Shown: piece after piece, positions 58,095 to 64,000 of the stretch
Layout: every line of letters begins with the position of its first letter
Position numbering within the stretch: the first letter of the stretch is position 1
DNA from: an uncultured Bdellovibrio sp.
GTDB taxonomy: Bacteria > Bdellovibrionota > Bdellovibrionia > Bdellovibrionales > Bdellovibrionaceae
Assembly: GCA_963932905.1 (NCBI GenBank)
Contig: CAWVRN010000003.1
Coordinates: forward strand, 64,001-128,000
Length of the DNA: 64,000 nt
Reading direction: 5' to 3'
Made by a program: the position numbers and the translations under genes
The notes under the pieces: model-generated
Database searches by the model: none
Told to the model about the DNA's origin: nothing
The model's input: only the letters and a program-made list of their open reading frames with translations

Positions 58095-58454
58095 TTAGTA
58101 GCGTCCAGCCGACTGTTCAATTTTATCTTTAAAATCAGTACGAATCCCAAGTAAAGAATCCAAAACTTTATCTTCCTCAACTGTAGTTACAGCTTCGTCA
58201 GAAAAATGGTATTTACCTTGGACTAATAAATCTTCGAAATTATGTTCAGTTTTTTCAGTCTTTGCTGGTCCGTTGGCTTGCACCTGTGGTGCAGTTGCCG
58301 GAGCGGCGGCCACAGGAGCTGGTGTTGCTGCCGGTGCTGCTTGCACTGCCGGTGTAGCCGCGGAAGCCACCGGTGCTTTCGCATCGTCTGCCATCGCGCT
58401 CAAACCTAAAAATCCAACCGCTAATACAAATGTCCTAGTTACTAGCTTTTTCAT
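58095..58454 (-). CDS. Small secreted GltF/CglF-like protein
   Basis: Signal peptide, Ala/Pro linker, NFEDLLVQG...R.DF. Confidence 0.6.
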   Translation of the reverse strand: MKKLVTRTFVLAVGFLGLSAMADDAKAPVASAATPAVQAAPAATPAPVAAAPATAPQVQANGPAKTEKTEHNFEDLLVQGKYHFSDEAVTTVEEDKVLDSLLGIRTDFKDKIEQSAGRY

Positions 58455-61371
58455 TTTCTTTTTCCCATTTGTTTAAATTTTCTAAACGACCTTCTAAGTA
58501 CTGAACCATCGCAAAATTACCTGTCGAACGCTCTAACATAAGTAGTTTTTCAACCGAGGCTTTAGCCATCGGAGATTGGCGTAATTCATTACGAGCTTGT
58601 TCCACTTCTTTAAAGTTAGGAGCCACTGCCGCAGTTTGCTGAGTCAAGATCGCTTGCAAATCCGCCTTATCTGCCTCTTTTGCGATGCTAGATAATGCTT
58701 GGATTTCGCGATCAAGGTAAACGAATAGGTCTTTATTCGATTTCAAACCATTCTTAAGATTTTCTTTCCAATTAGGAGTCGCCCAGAATTCATCGACTTT
58801 AATCATCGCTTGTTCTGACTTCGTTTTAAACGGAGCCGCTTGCTGAGATAACAAGTTCATGTACTGACCTTGCTCGTCATCACTCAAACCATCTGGCATT
58901 GGTAAGCTTAATAGTTCTTGGTAAAATCTAGATGTTTCAGACGCGTATAACTGAAGCGCTACCAACTGCGACGTCCAGTCACCTTTTTGAATCGCTTTCT
59001 GAGCTAACGCTTCTGCTTTTTCTAATTCTTTATTACGCGCTTTGATCGTCGCTACTAATGTTTTTTGGTTCTTAGTATCGATCTTGTGAGCTGTAAGTAC
59101 TTTACGTTGAGCTTCTACACCCGCTAAGAAATCGTAACGGAACAAAATCGCACCTTGCGGAGTTTTTTGAATCCATTCGTCCTTCAAAGCCGCTTGCAAG
59201 ATTTTAACATCTTTAGTTTTACCAAACGCTTCCATGTACGCCTGACCTAACAAGCCTGGATTTTTCTCAAAATTCTTTCTATAGAAAGCGATGTCTTTTA
59301 AAGGTTGTTTGCTTTTACGAATCATCTCTAAAGCAATCAACTCTTTCATTTCTGCATTTTTAGTTAATGCTAAGAACTGATTGTAGTAGTTCGGAGATGA
59401 ATCACCAGAAAGCTCAGCAAACAAAGCCATTTTCAGAGCTTTTTGTTCTGGCTCCATACCTTTTTGAACTTTCTCTACCGTTTTCAAGGCTACCGAGAAA
59501 TCTAGTAATAATTCAGAGTAGTAGGCTTTACGAGATAATGCGAATTCGCGATCATCACCCGCCACGGTTTTCAAATTCAGCATTTCTTCAGCCGCCATAT
59601 TGGCTTTTTGAATGTCGCCGATTTTTTCATTCAACACGACTTTGTTTTTCAAATAGATTACGCGGTCTTTTTCAGCCGCTTTGTTCACTTGAAAACGATT
59701 TAGCATTTCTAACGCCGCTTTTGGATTCGTCGCCGCCAGTCCTGCCGACTGAGTTAAAATAGATTTCTGCTGAATTTCAGCGAATTCCATTCCGTCAGTG
59801 CCTTTGAAAAGCTCGGCAAATTCGGCCGACCAACTTTCAATGTTCTTTTCATCTTTTAAAATAACTAAAGCATCTAGAGCTAAATCCGCCGATTGCTTAC
59901 GCACAGTCGCAGGCGCTGCTTTATTCAAAGCTAACGCTTTCAACTGATCCGCACCGGCTTGTGTTTGGCCAGATTCATATAACTTGTGAGCTTTTTGATA
60001 AGTCACTTCATAAACTTTAGTTTTAAGTTTTGTATTAACCAGGTAAGCCGCTTGCGCTTTTTCTAAAGCCACTGCATCGCCCGACTCTTCAGCTACTTCC
60101 ACCTGACTTAACAATGCCGATTCTAATTTCGCCGCATCTTGGTTAGGTTGATTCAAAGTCTTAGCTGCCGTTTCATATAGGAATAAAGATGTAGAGTAAT
60201 CTTTAACCTGACGGGCCGCTTGCGCGCCCCATACCGCTACTTCTAAATCTTCAGGGAATTGCGTAGAGTATACTTTATAAGTCATCAATAAGTTTGCTGA
60301 TGGCTTAGTTTTTTCGGCTTGATTCCAAGTCACAACAAACTGACGAAATAATTTACGAATGTCTTCGCAGTCTTTTTTGCCGCAACCTTTTAACTCATTC
60401 CAAATATCTAATGATGATTTGAAATTTTGCTGAGCGATTTCCGTTTGGCCTTCTGCCCATTGCAATGGCGACAAGTGAGCCATGATTTCAAGACGACCCT
60501 CTGGCTGGCTTTGTTTGTTCAAAACAAAGTTCCAAGTCATGATAGCTTCTTTACGACGCCCCACACGCTCGGTCTCTAGGGCTAGAGTCGTTACTGTAGG
60601 TAATTTCGCTTTTTCTGGAACTAATTCGTATAATTCTTTAACTTCGGTCTCGCCATAAGGCTGTTTAGATAAAAATGTGGCGTAGTCTTTCGCTACTTCT
60701 TCTAAGAATTGCAAGTCTGCAGTTCCGTCTGAAACACCGCTTTTAGTTTGCAACGATTTATCTGTTAAAATTTGTTTGATCTGAGCCAATGACTCAGCGA
60801 TTTGTCCTAAATTAAAATGTGACCAAGATTTACGATAAGCCGCTAACCCACGAGATGACGCGACTGGAGTCGCAATTACTTTTGAGTAGTACCCAATCGC
60901 ATCTTTGAACATATTTTTCTTAAACAGCATTTCTGCTAATGATAAGTTAGCTTCTGATTGCGCTTGAGGATCGCGCGCTGTTTGTGAAATCGTTTCGTAC
61001 GATTTCTTTGCATCATCTGAATAACCAAGAATTTCTTGCAAGTGACCAATTTGGATCATCACTTTGCTACGGCTAGTTTCCGGAGTTTTCGCTACTGACT
61101 CTTTATATAGTGTCAGAGCTTTTTTACGATCGTCTTCGCCCGCTGTACAGACTGCACAACCTGATTCTAATTCTTTCATGGCAGAAACACGAGCGCGTTC
61201 TGAGTACAAATCGGCTAATCGTAAACCGACAGAAACTTTGGAAGGGTCTTCCGGAGATAAATTCAGGTGCACACCTTTTAATTTATCGATCAACAAATCG
61301 CGGGTAGCATCGTCTGCCGCCGCAAATGAAACACTAGCTACAAACAGAGCTAGTCCGATTAATAACTTCAT
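58435..61371 (-). CDS. Large secreted TPR protein (GltD/AgmU-like)
   Basis: RLADLYSE, AEMLF, AAYRKSW TPR repeats; P.P.GL...Y...L motif. Confidence 0.7.
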   Translation of the reverse strand: MKLLIGLALFVASVSFAAADDATRDLLIDKLKGVHLNLSPEDPSKVSVGLRLADLYSERARVSAMKELESGCAVCTAGEDDRKKALTLYKESVAKTPETSRSKVMIQIGHLQEILGYSDDAKKSYETISQTARDPQAQSEANLSLAEMLFKKNMFKDAIGYYSKVIATPVASSRGLAAYRKSWSHFNLGQIAESLAQIKQILTDKSLQTKSGVSDGTADLQFLEEVAKDYATFLSKQPYGETEVKELYELVPEKAKLPTVTTLALETERVGRRKEAIMTWNFVLNKQSQPEGRLEIMAHLSPLQWAEGQTEIAQQNFKSSLDIWNELKGCGKKDCEDIRKLFRQFVVTWNQAEKTKPSANLLMTYKVYSTQFPEDLEVAVWGAQAARQVKDYSTSLFLYETAAKTLNQPNQDAAKLESALLSQVEVAEESGDAVALEKAQAAYLVNTKLKTKVYEVTYQKAHKLYESGQTQAGADQLKALALNKAAPATVRKQSADLALDALVILKDEKNIESWSAEFAELFKGTDGMEFAEIQQKSILTQSAGLAATNPKAALEMLNRFQVNKAAEKDRVIYLKNKVVLNEKIGDIQKANMAAEEMLNLKTVAGDDREFALSRKAYYSELLLDFSVALKTVEKVQKGMEPEQKALKMALFAELSGDSSPNYYNQFLALTKNAEMKELIALEMIRKSKQPLKDIAFYRKNFEKNPGLLGQAYMEAFGKTKDVKILQAALKDEWIQKTPQGAILFRYDFLAGVEAQRKVLTAHKIDTKNQKTLVATIKARNKELEKAEALAQKAIQKGDWTSQLVALQLYASETSRFYQELLSLPMPDGLSDDEQGQYMNLLSQQAAPFKTKSEQAMIKVDEFWATPNWKENLKNGLKSNKDLFVYLDREIQALSSIAKEADKADLQAILTQQTAAVAPNFKEVEQARNELRQSPMAKASVEKLLMLERSTGNFAMVQYLEGRLENLNKWEKENEKASN

Positions 61372-61447
61372 TCCCCCTCCTTGGAATCTCTCACTAACTG
61401 GTAGCTACCCTTAGGCAGCTTCCTACTTCAGGTCACCCTAGGTGACC

Positions 61448-61948
61448 CTATTTCATGATCACCGCAAACTTCAGGTCACTAAAACCAGCGTGCGCACACG
61501 CTAATACTATAGAATTAAGTGCTTCGTATTTTGTACGACGATCGGCTTGAACCGTGATCGTAGTTGGCATCTCTTCACCCGCTGGGTGAGACGCGCGGAA
61601 GGCTTTTCTTAACTCTAGTAATTCTTGAATCAAACCCTCAGCTGTTAGCATTTTCTCTTCTAAGAATACTTTGCCTTCTTCGATTTTAATAACGGGATTA
61701 CGATCTAAAGAATCCCCACGGGCTGCCTTAGGCAGCTCCATATCTTTTTTCATAAATAAGATTTCGCCGTTACTAGAAAAGTTCATCAAAAGGAAAATCA
61801 CCAAAATAGAAAAGGCATCGATCAAGGCTGTTAGCAGAAGATCCGCCGCTAAGCTTTTCTTCCATTTCTTACCTTGAGGATTTAAAAACGAAGCGTTCGC
61901 AATCGGACTATTTAAAGCCGTATTAGCTATTACGTTCTGTTTAATCAT
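61448..61948 (-). CDS. ExbD/TolR-family motor subunit (AglS/AglQ-like)
   Basis: LIDAFSILVIFLL TM with Asp; QADR..Y...AGF. Confidence 0.85.
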   Translation of the reverse strand: MIKQNVIANTALNSPIANASFLNPQGKKWKKSLAADLLLTALIDAFSILVIFLLMNFSSNGEILFMKKDMELPKAARGDSLDRNPVIKIEEGKVFLEEKMLTAEGLIQELLELRKAFRASHPAGEEMPTTITVQADRRTKYEALNSIVLACAHAGFSDLKFAVIMK

Positions 61949-61963
61949 AAATTCCCCTCGTCC

Positions 61964-62422
61964 TTAAAGTGGAACCACGCCTAAATCACCCATGCCCGAT
62001 TTTTTGAATTGGTCCATTAAATCGATAATGTCTTCATAGGATGTTTGAGCACGTGGTTGAATAAGAGCCGTTTTTAATTCAGGCTCTGCTTTTTTCATAA
62101 GATCAAGCTGAGCCGCAAGCTGCAGAAGATTCGTTTTTCCATCTGCCGACGCGCCCAATTTTACTTTTCTCATGTTTACAGGAAGCGTTTGCGCATCCCG
62201 AGTTTCCAGAGTCATGTCACCTTTATCACCTAGAAACACCCAAAGCGTAGGCTTCTTAGGTGTTTCAGCCGCAGGCTGACCGCCGACGGCTTGTTTCACA
62301 TTCATCGAACCCACGTTTAACCAAACGGCAGTCAACAAAAGGAAACAGATACACGTCGATAATAAGTCGATAAATGGGATCAAGTTTAATTCAAAATCTA
62401 AATGCTTTTTACTTTGGGACAT
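61964..62422 (-). CDS. ExbD/TolR-family motor subunit (AglQ/AglS-like)
   Basis: LNLIPFIDL; Y..II.LMD. Confidence 0.85.
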   Translation of the reverse strand: MSQSKKHLDFELNLIPFIDLLSTCICFLLLTAVWLNVGSMNVKQAVGGQPAAETPKKPTLWVFLGDKGDMTLETRDAQTLPVNMRKVKLGASADGKTNLLQLAAQLDLMKKAEPELKTALIQPRAQTSYEDIIDLMDQFKKSGMGDLGVVPL

Positions 62423-62449
62423 AGATGCCTCGTTAGTTTAAAGTTTAGA

Positions 62450-63178
62450 CTAAGCGTTGATTTCTTTTACAGATTCTTTAGCCGCGCCATCTTTACCAGT
62501 ACGGAAGCTTTTGAAACCGACTGGTTCGTAGGAGTAGCTCAACCAGTTGAACACTTTAAGTGCAGAACGGTTAAGATCTTCAACGATATGATTCGCTCTA
62601 TTTTGAAGAACCGCGTACATAACTAGGGCTGGGATCGCTGTGATCAAACCGTAAGCTGTCGCATTCATCGCTTCGGCGATACCGGCAGCAAGCAATGTCG
62701 CTTTCTCTGCAGGAACAGCGTTAGCCACTGCTGCGAAGGACTTGATCATACCAGTGATTGTTCCTAGTAGACCCGTTAGTGTCGCTACGTTACCTAGCAT
62801 AGATAAGAAACCGATACGGCGCTCAACCAGTGAGTTTTCATAAAGCAGAACTTCATCCATTTTGCCTTGGATTTCTTCTTTGCCACCAAAATTTTTAGCG
62901 GCTTTAGTTCCTGCCAAGATCGCTTTAGCTACGGGCATTTGGGCTTGAGCCGCTTTTGCTGTTTCCATTACGCGATCCAGTTCACCGCGACGGATGGACT
63001 CTTCAAATCCATTCACGTATTCGCTTTGATTGATTTTATTTTTAACGAACAACGTGTACGTACGCTCCGCTAGGATAGCTAATGAAATTAATTGTGTGAC
63101 CAAGATTGGCCACATCCAGAAGCCCCCTTGTTCAAAAGCTATAGCAATTTTAGAAAACATTTCCATATATCCCCCCAA
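62450..63178 (-). CDS. MotA/TolQ/ExbB-family proton channel (AglR-like)
   Basis: GLLGTITGMI.SF, GIAEAM.ATAYGL..AIP; start probably ATG 63166. Confidence 0.9.
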   Translation of the reverse strand: MGGYMEMFSKIAIAFEQGGFWMWPILVTQLISLAILAERTYTLFVKNKINQSEYVNGFEESIRRGELDRVMETAKAAQAQMPVAKAILAGTKAAKNFGGKEEIQGKMDEVLLYENSLVERRIGFLSMLGNVATLTGLLGTITGMIKSFAAVANAVPAEKATLLAAGIAEAMNATAYGLITAIPALVMYAVLQNRANHIVEDLNRSALKVFNWLSYSYEPVGFKSFRTGKDGAAKESVKEINA

Positions 63179-63568
63179 ATTAATGACTTATTTATTGTTT
63201 TATAAAATTATGATCCTCACAGCCCAGACCTAAGTCACCCGTTTTTTTCTTATGGGAAATATTATTTTTTCTTTAGCTTTCTGTTCGCGCGATTCTGCAA
63301 CTTATATTCGAAACTTTTTTTAGCCCGAACATCTACTTACAGTAGCCACTGCGGTTGGTTCATTTTTTCGAAGTCACCAATGCAAACCAGTTTTGTCACT
63401 CTGAGCAAAAAGTTAAAACTCCAGTCCCCTGCCGTTAGACGAACGCAAATCATTTGCCCACATTTTTAAGCACGTCTTCTTACGCTGCCGAAGCTTACTG
63501 GTTGGTTATCAGCTGTAAAATTTATTAAATGGTTTTAATCCGCTGAGGGTGTGCTATACAAACCCTCT

Positions 63569-64000
63569 ATGAAATATCAAACTCCTGCGTCTCGCCTGAA
63601 ATCATTCCAAGATATCAATTTACCCGCCTCCATTATGAATTCACTTTCGAAAATGGCCATTTCAAAACCGACGGAAATACAAGCTTTGTCGATCCCAGTG
63701 GGCTTAATGGGTACGGATTTGATAGCTGTGGCCGAAACTGGCAGCGGTAAGACTCTAGCTTATGCACTACCACTCCTAGCGGCTTTGCAAAAAAATGAAA
63801 ACGCCCGCGCCTTAGTTTTAGTTCCCAGCCGTGAAATGGCTCAGCAAATTCAAAAGGTATTTATTGAACTGACGACAGGCCATCCAATCACGATGTCAAT
63901 TGTCATCGGTGGCATCCCAAGCGCTAAACAAGTCAACGGGTTAAATCGTAAACCTCGCTTGATCATAGGCACCCCTGGGCGCCTAAATGATCACATTCTA
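63569..64000 (+). CDS. DEAD-box RNA helicase (3' partial, not in the ORF track)
   Basis: Q motif KPTEIQ, AETGSGKT, VPSREMA, GG, GTPGRL. Confidence 0.9.
   Translation, partial: MKYQTPASRLKSFQDINLPASIMNSLSKMAISKPTEIQALSIPVGLMGTDLIAVAETGSGKTLAYALPLLAALQKNENARALVLVPSREMAQQIQKVFIELTTGHPITMSIVIGGIPSAKQVNGLNRKPRLIIGTPGRLNDHIL

Noticed and set aside
58270..58385. GC-rich quasi-repeats
   Set aside because: Codons of an Ala/Pro linker, not a DNA repeat element
63180..63560. Possible c-di-GMP riboswitch upstream of the gliding cluster
   Set aside because: Could not find the GEMM core motifs in the right order on either strand by eye; a covariance-model search would settle it

Overview
Bacterial window, most likely Bdellovibrionota (inferred from the agl/glt gliding-motility cluster and gene style). 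About 1-41.5 kb looks like an accessory island abutting the 3' end of an initiator tRNA-fMet (41536-41612, -). It holds a dense copper/heavy-metal resistance region: three RND pumps, a P1B ATPase, a multicopper oxidase, three DUF305 proteins, CDF and FTR1 transporters, and CsoR, CueR and two ArsR regulators with recognisable operators. At 33.0-40.1 kb is the most unusual locus, a compact minus-strand operon: sigma54 promoter, NtrC-type activator, MFS transporter, orphan peptide-binding lipoprotein, hybrid histidine kinase, an unannotated 26-aa peptide ORF (MEIVYIDLEALEAEAEGHTAGLSSAG) and a stand-alone LanM-type dehydratase domain (DUF4135). I infer a candidate modified-peptide (RiPP) quorum-sensing circuit. 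A second notable element is a candidate ribosome-stalling metal-sensing leader (31593-31976) whose last codons are complementary to the next gene's SD. Right of the tRNA lie rmuC, a decaying stress cluster with two pseudogenes, a LysR-ribA-ribD(reductase only)-DoxX-MFS unit, an AlkB-like gene, an agl/glt-type cluster and a partial DEAD-box helicase. All family calls come from motif recognition by eye; no searches were run.
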